From assembly GCF_009914755.1 (NCBI RefSeq), contig NC_060932.1: a stretch of DNA of 64,000 nucleotides; one strand, written 5' to 3'. Each line of letters opens with the position of its first letter. Position 1 is the first letter of the stretch. A program made the translations under genes and the position numbers. A model generated the notes under the pieces. That model was not told the origin of the DNA, did not search any database, and worked only from the letters and a program-made list of their open reading frames with translations. This document shows positions 40,966-56,744 of this stretch, piece by piece. This DNA is from the human T2T-CHM13v2.0 reference genome, Homo sapiens.

Positions 40966-42199
40966 TCTTGCTTGATTCTTGGGATCAAGCGTTCCTCCCA
41001 CCTCAGCTTCCCAAGCAGCTAGGACTACTGTACCACACAGGCTGATTTTTAAATCTTTTTCTAGAGACAGGGCCTTGCTATGTTGCACAGGCTGGTCTCA
41101 AACTCCTAGCCTCAGGGCATGAGCCACAGTGCCCAATGGTGTAAAAAATTCCTATTTATCCACGGCCTCACCAGCATCTATTGTTTCTTGACTTTTCAAT
41201 AACTTCTATTCTGACTTGCGTGAGATGGTATCTCATCGTGGTTTTGATTTGTATTTCTCTAATGATCAGTGATGTTGAGCTTTTCTTGGCTCTGTAGTTT
41301 TCTTCTAAGTTCTTTAACTTGTTTTGGTATTAAAATAATGCTCCTCTAAAAGCATGAGTCAGAGAATATTCCTTCTACTTGTATCTTCTGAAAGAGATTG
41401 TAAAGAATTGGTGTAACTTCTTCCTTAAATGTCTACTAGTACTCACCAGTGAACCTATCTGGTCCTGGTGCTGTATTGGAAGGTTATTAGTTATTGATTC
41501 AATTTGTTTAATAGATAGATTTAGGCCTATTCAGATCATATATTTCTTCTTGTGTGACTTTTTGCAGATAGTGTCTTTCAAGGAATTGGTACATTTCATC
41601 TAGGTCACCAAATTTATGGGCCCAGAGTTGTTCATAGTATCCCTTATCCTTTTAATGCCCATAGGATCTGTAGTGATGTCCTCTCTTGATTTCTGATATC
41701 AGTAATCTGTGCTCCCTTTTTTTTCTTAGTTATCCTGGCTAGAGGCTTATCAACTTTACTGATCTTTTCAAAGACCCAGATTTTCATTTTGTTGATTTTT
41801 TTCTATTAATTTCCTGTTTTTAATTTCATTCATTTCTGCTCTAATTTTTATTATTTTCTTCTGCTTATTTTGGATTTAATTTGTCCTCTTTTTTCTAGTT
41901 TCCTAAGGTGTAAACGTAAATTACTGATTTTAGATATTTCTTGTTTTCTAATACATGCATTCAATGCTATAAATTTCTTTCTAAGTACTGCTTTTGCTTT
42001 ATCCTACAAATTTTGTTTTCCTTTTCATTTAGTTCAAGGTATTTTAACATTTCTCCTGAGATTTCTTCTTTGATGCTTTTATTATTTAGAAGTGTGCTGT
42101 TTAATCTCAAAGAATTTGGGTATTTTCCAGCTATCTTTGGGTTACTTATATCTAGTGTGGGCCCCCTACTTGATCATCTTAATTAATTCCACTGTGGTC

Positions 42200-42569
42200 T
42201 GATATGATTTGGCTCTGTGTCCCCAACCAAATCTCACCTTGTATCTCCCATAATTCCCATGTTTTGTGGGAGGGATCCAGTGGGAGATGACTGAACTATG
42301 GGGGCAAGTCTTTCCCGTGCTATTCTCATGATAGTGAATGGGTCTCATGAGATCTGATGGTTTTAAAAACAGGAGTTTCTCTGCATAAGCTCTCTCTCTT
42401 TGCCTGCTGCCATCCATGTAAGATGTGACTTGCTTCTCCTTGCCTTCTGCCATGATTGTGAGGCTTCCCCAGCCACGTGGAACTGTAAGTCCATTATAAA
42501 CCTCTTTCTTTTGTAAATTGCCCAGTCTCGAGTATGTCTTTATCAGTAGTGTGAAAATGGATTAATACA
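42200..42569. mobile_element. THE1 MaLR solo LTR
   Basis: tgatatgatttggctctgtgtcccc...ggattaataca; 5-bp TSD tggtc at 42195-42199 and 42570-42574. Confidence 0.92.
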
Positions 42570-44168
42570 TGGTCTGAGAGGTGACTGTATGATTTCCACT
42601 ATTTCAAGTCTCTTAACGTGTATTATGGCCAAGGTATGGTCTATCTTGGTGAGTCCTGTGTGTGCTTGAGAAGAATGTCTAACGTGCTACTGTTGAATGG
42701 AATAGTCTACAGATGTCTATTATATCAAGTTGACTGATGGTGTTGCTGAGTTCAACTATGTCCTTAGTGATTTTCTGTCTGTTGGATACGCCCATTTCTG
42801 ATAACGGGGTATTTCCAACTGTAATAGTGGATTTCTCTATTTCTCCTTGCAGTTCTATTAGTTTTTGCCTGAGTTTTTATTTTAATTAAATTTTCAGTTC
42901 TAAGTCTTCTATTCAGTTATTACATATTTCATTTCTTTGATGAGATTTTCTAGCTTTTCATTTGTTTCAAAAGTGTCTGTAACTGCTTGTCCAAGTATCT
43001 TCATGGTAGCTGCTTTAAAAGTTTCTCAGTTAATTATAGTTCCAACACCTGTGTCAATCTTGATGTTGGCATCTATTATCTTTTCTCATTCAAGTTGAGA
43101 TTTTCTTGGTGTGTGTTAAGATGAGCGATTTTTACTATATCCTGGTCAACTGGGGCATTTTTATGAGACTCTAGATTATATTTAATCTTTCACTTCAGCA
43201 AGACTTTACTAAAACTGTGCTGGCAGGAACAATGGCTGGCAGGGAAAGGGGAGCACTGACTCTTTAATACTATGCAGAGGTGAAGTTCTGGCTTTCCACA
43301 GGGCCTCCATTTATACCCTGGGGAGTATCCCTGTTACCACTGCAAAGGGCTGGAAGGCCATGGTCCCCACTCATCCTCCACCAACACTGTAGGAGGCCTT
43401 GTTACTGCTGGATGTGGTGGAGGTCCAGGCTCTCCACTTTGTTCACTGACTCTAACCCTAGTGGAAAGGACAACTCATCACCACAAAGCAAGGGTAGATA
43501 TCAACTGACATTGCAGGAGCAGGATGATGGCACAGAAGGGAATGCATTATTGCTGTGTGATCCTACGTGGATCACCACTGGCACCATGGGGAAGGAAAGG
43601 GGTACCTTGTTCCTGCTGGGTAGGGGGTCAGAGTCCAGGATCCCCACTCAACCTCCTCTGCCATCACCCCAGTGGGAAACGGGAGGGGTATATTTAATGT
43701 CAAACAGGTTTCCAACTTTCTAGGCTGCCCTTTTCTTAGTTCACTGGCAAGAAAGAAGAGGTTTTTCTTGGGGCTTTTGGGGGAGGTCTGTGCCAGCTGG
43801 CATTTCTGTGTTGGGGGCATCTAGTCTGAGATATGGAGGAAACAAAAAGAAAATTGAGGGAACTTACTGCTATGCCATTCCCTGAGTCTCACATTCCCTA
43901 GTTGGTTGGTCTTCTCTCCAGTTTCGAAAGTCTTTTCATATTTGTTTCATAAAAATGTCCAGGGTTTTTAGGTGTACTTAGTGGGAAGGATGCAGAACGT
44001 GCATCTATTCTATTTTGAGTGGAAACATAAGTACATGTATGTTTAAGGAATTAGAGACCTGAATTAACCTAATTTTATATAGAGTCAAAATAAAAGATGA
44101 ACATAAACTAAGAATCAGAGAAATACAGTAATAGTTACTAAAAAAATTCCCAACCACAGAAATATTAC

Positions 44169-44304
44169 CTTTCTCAGCTGTCCTCCTGATCTTAGGAATG
44201 GTGAATTTCTTCAAAGGATTGACTTCACGAGTATTCAACACGGGTTTGCTAGTTGAGCTCATTTGCCACAGTGTATCCTGTTTAGCAGTTTCTTTCATTT
44301 CCAT
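44169..44304 (-). CDS. TEX15: TEX15 first coding exon (exon 44313-44169; 136 coding nt, MEMKETAKQ...KKFTIPKIRRTAEK)
   Basis: attttag|gccaacaaaATGG: acceptor, then a strong Kozak ATG (A at -3, G at +4) at 44304; donor AAAG|gtaata; track ORF 44005..44304. Confidence 0.93.
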
Positions 44305-44451
44305 TTTGTTGGCCTAAAATCAACCCAAGGTTATTAAGCAAAAAGGTCAATAAATACATAAAAGGCAATGGCAGTACAATCATTTAAAAGTTCTTCAACA
44401 AAAGTAAATGGTAAAATGTTCTTAGTCAACTGTCAGAAAGTTTCCATCTCA

Positions 44452-44938
<487 letters not shown>

Positions 44939-45086
44939 TTTTTGTTTCTAATGCATTTTTTCCTCGTAATTCATGTAACTGCTATTAGGTAACCAAAAGT
45001 CTCCCTGCTCCTGAAAAGCTCAAAAACTTACACCCATAACAATTTTTATACACATTTGGTAAAATTCTTACCAAATACTCCATTTT

Positions 45087-45220
45087 TTTTTCTTTCTTTC
45101 TTTTGAGACAGGGTCTCTCTGTGTTGCCCAGGCTGGTTTTGAACACCTGGGCTCAAGTGATCCTCCTGCCTCAGACTCCCAAAGTGCTGGAATTACAGGC
45201 ATGAGCCACCATGCCCAGCC
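45087..45220 (-). mobile_element. FLAM Alu monomer
   Basis: Single arm; TSD caaatactccatttt. Confidence 0.88.
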
Positions 45221-46204
45221 CAAATACTCCATTTTTAAAAAGCATTTTTTTCCCTATACATTTCTGTGACTAAAACGATACTCTCTTTAAATCAAGATCT
45301 CTGGCTTTAGAAGAAACTTCAAAAAGTTGTAAACTAACTATTGCTGACTATTCCTACAGCTGATGGCCAACAACAGCCAATCGCTTATTGACTACTGTTC
45401 CATGGTATCATTCTATAAATGCTTAAGACAACATCAAATATTGCTATACCAGAAGTATCAAAAATATTCCTCCCCTTCCTTTTTCCCTCTCCTTTCTCTC
45501 TCTCCCCAAACTCCCCTGCAACCTCCATCCCCTGCCAAATATTGATTCTTAACCTCTTTAAGTAGAACTCAAGCTGGATTTCAAAAGAAAGCTATGGAGT
45601 ATACACACAGGGAAATATATATAAGCAGGTATTTTTCGTACCATTTCGTAACATGGTTGATGGCCCTCCTGACACCTATCAACTGCTTAGTTCCAACATT
45701 AGATCACAATCCAAATTAAAAGATGCTAAAATTCTACAGAAAGATCACAAAGGATAAGGTTCTAAGAAGGTTCACAAGGATGTCCCTCTTAATCCCCTCC
45801 TGTTCTTTATGAAAGGTGATCTTGCAATCACCCAATCAAACATGGATCAGGGAATGAAAAAGACCTCTAGAAAAAAAGAGAAGAAAGCCAGCCCTTCTTC
45901 CATTCAGCCACAATGACAGACAATAGTGGGGTACTGCTTTCTAACAAGAATACTCCTAAGATGCACCAGCTCTAGAGATACTTGTCAAGGCTGCCATGTT
46001 CACCTCGCAGTTTAGTAAGGGGAAGAATGGAAAATAGTTTAGAATGTCTTATGCTATAAAAACATCTTCGATTAATCATGATCTGTAACAACAGCACATA
46101 AAGGTAAAGAATAATCAGTTGAATATACTTTACTTGAACAGCCAAGTGCTGGGACAATCCTCAAAGCACAATCCTCAATACTGTCTTTAACTACAGTTAA
46201 GTTA

Positions 46205-46501
<297 letters not shown>

Positions 46502-46849
46502 CTATAGGGTTTCTCTAGCATAATTTACTAACAAAGGAAAGATTTATGAAGTTCACTTCTGTTCCTCAGTGCTTACTTAGGATAATACTTTGCCACAAAA
46601 AGCTAAGTTTACAACTAATAAAAGATGAATAATCAGGACACAATGGTATTCAATATCCTTCATTAAATAAGTTGTGCTCAGCGATTTTTCAGTTATTACC
46701 TTTTAAGTAGGAATAACGTCTCTTTAACTTCAGCCCAAACTTCAACCATGTTAAAGTGATAACTTCATATTTTTTTTGTTTGGGTTTTTTTGGTGTGGGA
46801 TATTAGACCTTTGATATATATTTCTTTATGCTCATGCAACACAGACCTA

Positions 46850-46941
46850 TAACCTTTATATTTATATGTTACATATTACAAATTATATCATATGAAATAG
46901 TCCTACAATGATTATATATATTTATGTATTAGTTATATACA

Positions 46942-46974
<33 letters not shown>

Positions 46975-46980
46975 GTATAA
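46850..46980. repeat. TA-rich simple repeat
   Basis: (TA)n with CA interruptions. Confidence 0.85.
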
Positions 46981-48494
46981 GTAAAATCAGGAAGTTTGAA
47001 TTCTGAGGATTCATGCTGAGGCTGTCTTCTGGAGTCCTGGGCTATTCTAGACAGAGAAAGAAATCAATTCTAAAACATTCAGAAATAATGTACACGGCAA
47101 TACATATACCATGTACTTCATAGTACATATGGTATATAAAGTATATACCATATACTTTAACAGGTATTCAAAATAATAACTAAAGAACAAAGGAACCAAA
47201 AACAAGAGTTTGCTAACAATTTAAACATCTATTTATATAGGTTTTAAGAGAATGTATGTTATGAACAACTTTAAGCGAATACATTTAGATATTAGACAAA
47301 ATAATTCTTAGGAAAAAAGCTACCAAAATTGATTCAAGAAGAAATAAAAACAATGAATAATCCTGTTATTATTAGGAGGAAATTAAATCAGTAGAAATTC
47401 AATAAAAGTAAAAATGATAATACATCATAAATCAGCTGAGTTCATCTCAGAAATGCAAATATTTGCCATTGTCTAGCTCACCTCCCACTCCCTTCTCAAT
47501 CTCCTTTGATTTCTACCTCCATTACTCTACCTAAATAGCAATCTTCAAAGTCATCAATGATTATCCACATCAGTCATTTGCGGTTCATGACTCACGTGGC
47601 CTCTCTCTGTTTAACTCTTGACCACTCTGTTCTTCAAATAACACAGCTTGCCAGACTTCTATGACTTCATAATCCTGATTTTCTTGGTCTCTTAGTAACT
47701 CACCTGTCTGTATCTAGCCTTTATTATTTACTAATTTTTGCTTAAAAGAAAATATTCTTTATATTTTTATTTTTTAATATTTCATCAAACCTAACCTTTG
47801 AAAACTTGGTAAATAAAAATAGAACTGTGGTTTTAGTTTGCATTTAATTCATTATCAGTGACATTGAGCTATTTTTTCTGTGAATCACTTGTTCTTATCT
47901 TTTTGTCCATATTTTCCCACAAAGATAGTATTGTAGTTAATGATTTATAAGGACTCCATATACAAATAAATTAGTTTTGTCTGTCATATGTATTTTAATA
48001 TTTTTGTCTTTTAATTTTGTTTCTACATGAGGAAGATTCCTCACACAGAAAAACTAATTTCTGTATAGTCTCATTTCTGAATCATTTTTTTTCCTTTGAG
48101 AATAGGTCTCACTAGTGTTGCCCAGGCTGGTCTCAAACTCCTGAGCTCAAGCGATCAATAAATGCCTTGGAGAATTCTGGTTTGTCCTCATTGCACTGTG
48201 TGGGGTGAGTGAGGGCACCGTCATGGGAAGATGCTGGCTAACTGCACACTGATTTTTGATCCTCATGCCTCAGCCTCCCCAATGGCTAAGTAGCTAGGAT
48301 TACAGGCACATGCCAACCATGCTTGGCTATTTCTGAATCTTTTATTACACATCATCACCAAGAGTGTATGGGAGTTCCAGTTTCTCCATATTCTCATCAA
48401 CACCTTATGTTGGTAGTTTTTACTTTCTGCCAACCTGACAGGAGCAAATGATAACTGATTGTGGTTAGTTTGCATTTTCTCCCCGCACCCCCCC

Positions 48495-48783
<289 letters not shown>

Positions 48784-49757
48784 TGAGAATGATCATGTAC
48801 TAAGTATATTTATTGGTCATGTTTCCACATCTGTGAAATACCCATTCAAGTTTTTTACCTGATTTTCTATCAGTTTGTTTATTCTATGTATTTGCAAGAA
48901 ATCTTTATATGAGATACTATCTTTTTTGCTAATTATATTTATTGCAAGTAATTCCCCCCACTTTTAAAAATTGTATTTTCATTTTCTAAAATAGGTATGT
49001 TTAATTTTAGTCCCAACTACGAATATTTTTCTTTATATTTTGTGCTTTCATTTTTGCTTTTGATCAACTTTAAGAAATACTTCTCCCCAAGATCATAAAG
49101 ATATCCCATATATTTTCTTCTAAAACTTTCATAGTTTTGCCTTTTACCTTTAAGTCTTTACTTTGCCTCAAATTCATTTTTTGTCTATGGTAAAAAATAA
49201 AGGTTTGAGTTTTCCATGTGAATATCGAACTGCTAGCATTTTTTAAAACAACCTTTCTTATTCCTATTTATCTGTAATGCCATCTCTGACATAAACCCAT
49301 TTTCCACATATGTATGAATTCTGGGCTCTGGGCTCTGTTTCATTGGTGTCTTTCTGTATTCATGCATCAACACCATATTGTAACAAATCTTGATACATGC
49401 TTGAGCAAAACCAGAAGAAAAAAAAAACAAATCTTGTTCTTCCACAGCCTCTTTGCACTTTTATACACATTTTAAATTAGGCCTATCTAACAATAAATCT
49501 TGTTTAGGTTTTAACTGGAACTTCACTGAACCCAGTGATCGATCTTAAGATAAGTTATACTGTTATATTAGTTTTCCTATCTGTGAACATGGTATTCAGT
49601 TCATTAATGTCTTTCAATACTTTTATAATTTTTTTCCCTGAGGGTTTTTACACTTCTTTTAAAGTATTTATTCTAAGGTACTTTATAATTTTTACGTTAC
49701 TATATATGGTATCTTTAAAACTTATTGTATTCACTACTATGTTTAAAATGATGTTGT

Positions 49758-50310
<553 letters not shown>

Positions 50311-51489
50311 GAGGCAAATGACTCCCTGAAACCAATTTCTATATATTGGCTACCCAGCAACCTTGTTAAGCTCTTACTAATTGTAATAATTTAGCTTCAT
50401 CAACCACCATATCCTCTATGAATAATGGACAGTACAATGACTTACGGTTTTGTTTCTTCCCATCTGATTCTTATGCTATTTATTTCTTGTACCTAGTGCA
50501 ATGTTGAATATAACTGATAATGACAGGTATCTTGATCTTGCCCTTGATTTTAAAGGGAATGTTTTAAATTTTTTACAATTTAATATGATAAATTCTATTC
50601 TTTAGTAGACTTGCTGCCATCAGGCTTAATTTTCCTGGGTAGAAAATTCTAGAATGACTGCTACTTTCTCTCAGCACTCTCAAGATGTTATCACCTCCAA
50701 TTTAATTGTCATTCATTTATGGGCAATCTTTTCCTCCGGCAGCTTTTAGTATCATCTTTGTCTCTTATGTCCTGCATTTTCATCATGATGTTCTAGGCTA
50801 AGTATTTGATGAACTTCTTATATCTAACTTTTGGTATCTTTCAACAATTATGTGAAATTCTCAGAAACTTTATCTTTAAATATTGTTGTGACATCATTCT
50901 ATTTCCTTAGTATAGAACTTCTTTTACCTATGTTCAAATTTCTATCTTTATTCTTCATGTTTCTTAACCCTTCTTCATATCTAAAAATCATATCATGTTT
51001 CTTCATATCTAACATCTGGTTCACTGACTCTCTTCAGCTAGGTCTAATCTGCTTCTAGTCCATTGAGTTAACTATAATTATTACTATCTTCATTAATAAA
51101 GGTTATATTTGGTTCTTAAAAAAATCTGCTTCTCACATTTTAAAGCCTTTCTCATTTCTTTAAAAATATACTGTATTTAAACTGGGTGTGATGGTTTACA
51201 CCTGTACTTCCTGCTACGTGGCAGGCTGTGGTGGGAGAACTGCTTGAGCCTATGAGTTCAAAGCTGTAGTGAGCTATGACTGTACTCCAGCCTGGGCAAC
51301 ATAGCAATGTAGCAAGAAAAAAAATTCTGTCTCTAAAAAAAATCCGTATTTGATAATTCCAACATCTTAAGTCTCAACTCCAATTCTCCTATTTTTGTGT
51401 GTGTTATCGTTTGTTTATAATACCCTGCTTCCAGTATGATTGATATATATTATTAATTCATTCACTATTTCCATAACTCATATTCTTTA

Positions 51490-52092
51490 AAGCTTGGAAC
51501 AGGCATAAAGACAGACATCTAAGACCAATAAAATAGGAAGAAGAGTTCCAAGATAAGCCTTCACATATATGGTGAAATGATGTTCCACAAGGGTGCCAAG
51601 ACCATTCAGTGGGAGAAAGCACAGTCTGCAACAAATAGTGCCAGGAAAACTGGATATCCATGTGCAAAAGAATGAAGTTGGATTCTTACTTTAAACCATG
51701 TAAAAAAATTAACTGCAAATGGGTCAAAGATTAAAGATAAGAGTTAAAACTATCAAACTGTTAGAAAACAAAAAACATAAAGAAAAAGCCTAATGTGAAG
51801 GTATTGGGAGGTGGGGCCTTCAGAAGCTGATTAGGTATGAAAGGTGGTGCCTTCATGAAGGTACCCTTACAAACAGACTGTGAAGACCTCCTTTGTAGCT
51901 TCCACCATGTGAAGATGCAGCGAAAAGACAGCTGTCTGTGGACCAGGAAGCAGTCCCTCACCAGCTACCAAATCTGCCAGCACCTTGATCTTGGATTCCC
52001 CAGCCTCCAGAACTGTGACAAAGAAATTTCTGTTGTCTATAAGTTACCCAGTTTATGGTATTTTGTTACAGCAGCCTGAATGCACCAAGACA
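51490..52092. mobile_element. L1 ORF2 fragment (51490-51790) adjoining a MaLR LTR fragment (51790-52092)
   Basis: caagggtgccaagaccattc...; ccagcaccttgatcttgga...ccagcctccagaactgtga...aagaca. Confidence 0.75.
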
Positions 52093-52245
52093 GAGGATTT
52101 TTAGAAGATCTCCTATAGGTTAGTTTGAACTGATCTTTAGTCAGCAAGAGCATAATCTGTATGGTAAGATGGAAAAGGCCCATACCAAAAAAAATATGTA
52201 GTATAATGACTTAGATGTCAACCTTGCACAAAATGACTGTCAACA

Positions 52246-52328
52246 GTGAGCCACGATTGCACCACTGCACTCCAGCCTAGGCGACAAAGCGAGACTCCAT
52301 CTCAAAAAAAAAAAAAAAAAAAAAAAAA
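52246..52328 (+). mobile_element. Minimal 5'-truncated Alu (~58 nt body + A25)
   Basis: TSD gactgtcaaca at 52235-52245 and 52329-52339. Confidence 0.92.
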
Positions 52329-52682
52329 GACTGTCAACAAATGACTGCTGAATTGGTGATGGGGTACTGAAGGGGTAAAGTTAAATAATACATTGCTTTT
52401 CATGGACTAGAAGTTTGAAACCAAGCTTTGTTGAAGGGTCAGAGGATGCCCCTAAGAGGCTATCAGTAAAATCCATCTATTAATAATCCTCTTATTGGAC
52501 TTAAAGAATGTTGCTGACCTTTCTCTGCCAATTAAGGCATGAGTATCTGGTTAAGTATTAGATCTTTTTTTTTTTTTAACGGAGCTCAGACTCAACACCT
52601 ATGAAGCCATTATGTGACATTCCATTAGGTAAATGTATAGGTTATTCAAGGGTTTACATGTCAACACCTTTTAAACACATGC

Positions 52683-52986
<304 letters not shown>

Positions 52987-54677
52987 AAACACATACATTT
53001 AAAGAAAGTTCAGTACCATCACAGTGACTTGTGAAGTTCTTTCATTTTTTCTCAAATCTTTTAATGTGAAGTTCGACTATTGGTACCTTGGAACTTGGGA
53101 GAAGACTGGAACATCTGGAATGCCTAAATGCAGGACAATGACGACCCGTAAAGTTTTTTTAAACTTCCCCTCAATCTTATACATATGAGGTAGAAGTTAT
53201 TAAAAAAAGTGTTTCTGGGTTATCTCCATCCTCTTTATATCAAATGAATAGAAAACTAGAAGCCAAAGAGCAAAGAATGCATGGCAGTAGTTTTATCACG
53301 CTTTTAATTTTATTTAAAATGGTTATTAGGACGTAGGCCATTTTTCATCTATTTTCACTCATCTTGTTTACTTTGCCACTGCCAAATCTCAGTCTTTTAG
53401 AAACAGATTACCAAATTCTGTTGGAGAAGATGAACCATCTATTCAGTCCACTTCCTTAGAGGGCATTAGTGTGATCCAGAGACAAAGGCTTATAGCAACT
53501 ACGTTAATAATTCCAGTAGTTACCTCAGCTCACTACCAGAACCATACGATTAAAAAAAAAAAAGTCAACATAACTCCCCAAAAGAATGCCCCCATTCTGT
53601 TGATATTTGTTTTACTTAAGTTTAAAAGATTTAGACAAGCAGAACCTGTGTGCTTCTTAGAATCAGTGCCCATATTGACCACTTCCTCAGAAAGATATGC
53701 AGTATCAAAAGAAAGCCTCATACATTAGAATGCACTACACATCTCTAAACCCTTAAAAATTTATAGTAAAACTGTAGTAATTTATTTGGGGAGAATAAAA
53801 TCTTAGTATCTGGATAAAAGTAATAAATCTATTATGAAGTGCTAACAAAGCCTCTTCCAGATTTATTTTGAAGACTCTAAGACTGAAAGCAATTTTTTCC
53901 CCCAATGCAAAAAAGTCTAGAACTGATCAGAGTGACCATTTAAAATATGTGGGGTGGTGGGAGGGTATCTAAATTCTCAGGGCCAACCAGTGACAAGTAG
54001 CTAAAGATAACCTGGCTAGGAAATTCACACCTTTGTGATTTAACAAACCAACCTTTCACTTCCCTTCCAAATTGTCTTTACAAAATCGGGTTGAAAAAAA
54101 TTTTTTTGAAAGGATTTATGAAATAAAATATTCTGAACAAGAAGTCGGCAGACGTAGGTATCTTGTCCTGATTCTGCCACTCACTAGATGTCTGCTCCTA
54201 AGCTTTACTTTCCTCATTTGTGTTTTGGTAAGGTTTAAAGTTGTATTGTAAACTGTAAAATATTTTGCCTCCTCCTAACACCTATCCCTCTTCCTACCAC
54301 TTTCAGGCTCTATCTACATTTTCTCTGTGGCTCCACATATAGGCATATGCAAGAAATTGTACACTGTATGCAAGCCGATGCCTTAAAAATTGGATAGCCT
54401 CATTACATTAAACAGTCCAAATTCCTCCTCTACCTTTCCAATTACTTAGAACATTTATTTGCCTAGAGTATTTCCTTCCATGACTATGGTATTTTTGCTT
54501 TTTAAATGTCAATAGTGGGTCCAATTCCCATCTGCTGAGAGTGAATTTCACTTTAGAATCAACCAAAAATCATTTAAAATCCATATGATTAATATGTGGG
54601 TAACCAAATGTGACAAAACCACTTTTGACTAAAAATATAAAAATTTTAAGAATCTGTCTAAAAAGCAACTAATTCTC

Positions 54678-54968
54678 TTTTAAGAGTCAAGATCTCACTC
54701 TGACACCCAGGCTGGAGTGCAATGGTACAATTACAGTTCATTGTAACCTTGAATTCCTGGGCTCAAGCAATCCTTCTGCCTCAGCCTCCTAAGTAGCTAG
54801 GATTGCAAGCACATGCCACCTCACCAGACTAATTTTTTATTTTATTTTTTGAGAGACAAGGTCTTGCTATGTTGCCCAGGCTGGTCTCAAACTCCTCACC
54901 TCAAGCAATCCTCCTGCCTCTGCCTCTCAAGTGCTGGGATTACTGGCATGAGCCACTAAGCTGGGCCT
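54678..54968 (-). mobile_element. AluJ
   Basis: Diverged antisense Alu. Confidence 0.88.
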
Positions 54969-55202
54969 CATTTTCTTGCCCTGCTTATGTATTGGTTCAA
55001 ACAGTAATTCCAAACCTTGAATACCACAAATGTTCTAAGCGATATTTGCATATTGGCTTGACTTTCAAATTAGTTATTGAAAGTGTCAATACCTACCCTA
55101 AATTAAGGTCAATTATGTACGGGACAATATTCTCCACTGGACTACAATTTACCCATTTTTCTATCTCCAGCACAAAGTATACTTCCTTATAAAATAAATA
55201 CC

Positions 55203-55558
55203 TGCTATGGTCTGAATGCTCGTGCCCCCGTGAAACTCACATGTTGAAACCTAAACATCAGAGTGATGGTATTAAGAGGTGAGGCCTTTGGAGATGATTA
55301 AGTCGAGAACAGACCCCTCGTGAATGGGATTAGCATACTTATTAAAGACCCTCAGGGGAGCTAGCTACCTCCTTCCACCACGCAATAACACAATGAAAAT
55401 GCACCACCTATGAGAAAGCACCCATCATCCCAGACACTGAATCTGCCAGCACCTTGATCTTGGACTTCTCTGCTTCCAGAACTGTGAAAAATAAATTTAT
55501 GTTGTTTATGAGTTACCCAGTTTATATTATGTTGTAGTGGCCCGAGTAGATTAAGACA
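55203..55558. mobile_element. MST/MLT1A-type MaLR solo LTR
   Basis: tgctatggtctgaatg...ttaagaca; flanks atacc/gtacc. Confidence 0.85.
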
Positions 55559-55746
55559 GTACCCAATAACTATTATCATCAAGAATAAATATTTACATAC
55601 TTTAAAGTATTCCAATGTGTGATAAAAGACACTCTTCATCTATCTTCTTTATTGCCGAATTATTTATAAATCAATTGTAAAGTAGTTAAAATAAATCAAC
55701 AAGGTATAAATAAAGCAGTAACAAAGCCATTATTTGAAATACTTAC

Positions 55747-55822
55747 CACTCTTCAATGGCATCCAGCATTACACAGTTATAATCAGTACTCAGTCCATAC
55801 ATGAAAACTGATAAGGGAACAT
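55747..55822 (-). other. TEX15: TEX15 non-coding 5'UTR exon (76 nt) containing five upstream ATGs
   Basis: ttttattttgtag| acceptor and GTG|gtaagt consensus donor in non-repeat sequence; size and position fit my recollection of the TEX15 mRNA; has an in-frame TGA relative to the main ATG. Confidence 0.8.
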
Positions 55823-56449
55823 CTACAAAATAAAAATAAAAACAGAAACATGTAGAGAATTATGATCAGAAGCTCCCCCAGCCCAATAATTATCTCTTCA
55901 TTGTCTTCTCTATTCATTTTTTTCCTCCTGGTTTCTGTCTCCCTTTCACTCCTGTTCCATTCTGGGGGAGGGAGCTGTCTGTTTTCTGCATATCTCAGTT
56001 CCTTCTCTCAAGCCTTTCCATTCCTCCCTCTTCTTTCCCTCCTCTTTTCTCAATAAGCTTTTCTCTTTTTCTTCCCTTCAGTACATTCTCATCTGCTATC
56101 CAGAGTCCCAGTGTCAGCTCACCAATCTCACGCAGCTCTACTTGGGAAAACCACCTGTAACGCAGCACATGAGCTTGCTCTAGTGTTTTTACATACAGCA
56201 CAAAACATTGATTTTTAGTCAATCACTGCAGTTATGATACATGCTACACACAGTATAGGTAGCTTACATACAGTATCTCATTTTATCTTCACAGATTGAT
56301 GGTGTTGCTCTCATTTTCAGATGAGAACAACAGACTCAGAAAGGTTAAGAAACTTATCCGAGGTAACCAAACTGGTAAGTTGGTTTTCAAGTCCAGGCCT
56401 GATGCTTAAGTATGGATCTAAACCACTACACTATTCAAACTCCGTTCTT

Positions 56450-56744
56450 TTTGTGTGTGCGTGTGAGACAGTCTCACTCACTCTATCACCCAGGTTGGAG
56501 TACAGTGGCATGATTTTGGCTCACGGCTCACTGCAACCTCCGCTGCCTGGGTTCAAGCGATTCTCCTGCTTCAGCCTCCTGAGTAGCTGGGATTACAGGC
56601 ATGTGCCACCGTGCCCGGCTAATTTTTGTATTTCTAGTAGAGATGGGGTTTCACCATGTCTTGAACTCCTGACCTCTAGTGATCTGTCCGCCTCAGCCTG
56701 CCAAAGTGCTGGGATTACAAGAGTAAGCCATGGCACCTGGCCCC
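56450..56744 (-). mobile_element. AluS
   Basis: TSD aactccgttctt; adjoins a MIR at ~56250-56420. Confidence 0.9.

Noticed and set aside
43280-43820. GC-richer region with 147-aa and 82-aa ORFs, a possible promoter or gene
   Set aside because: CpG-poor, and best explained as the 5' region of the old L1M block
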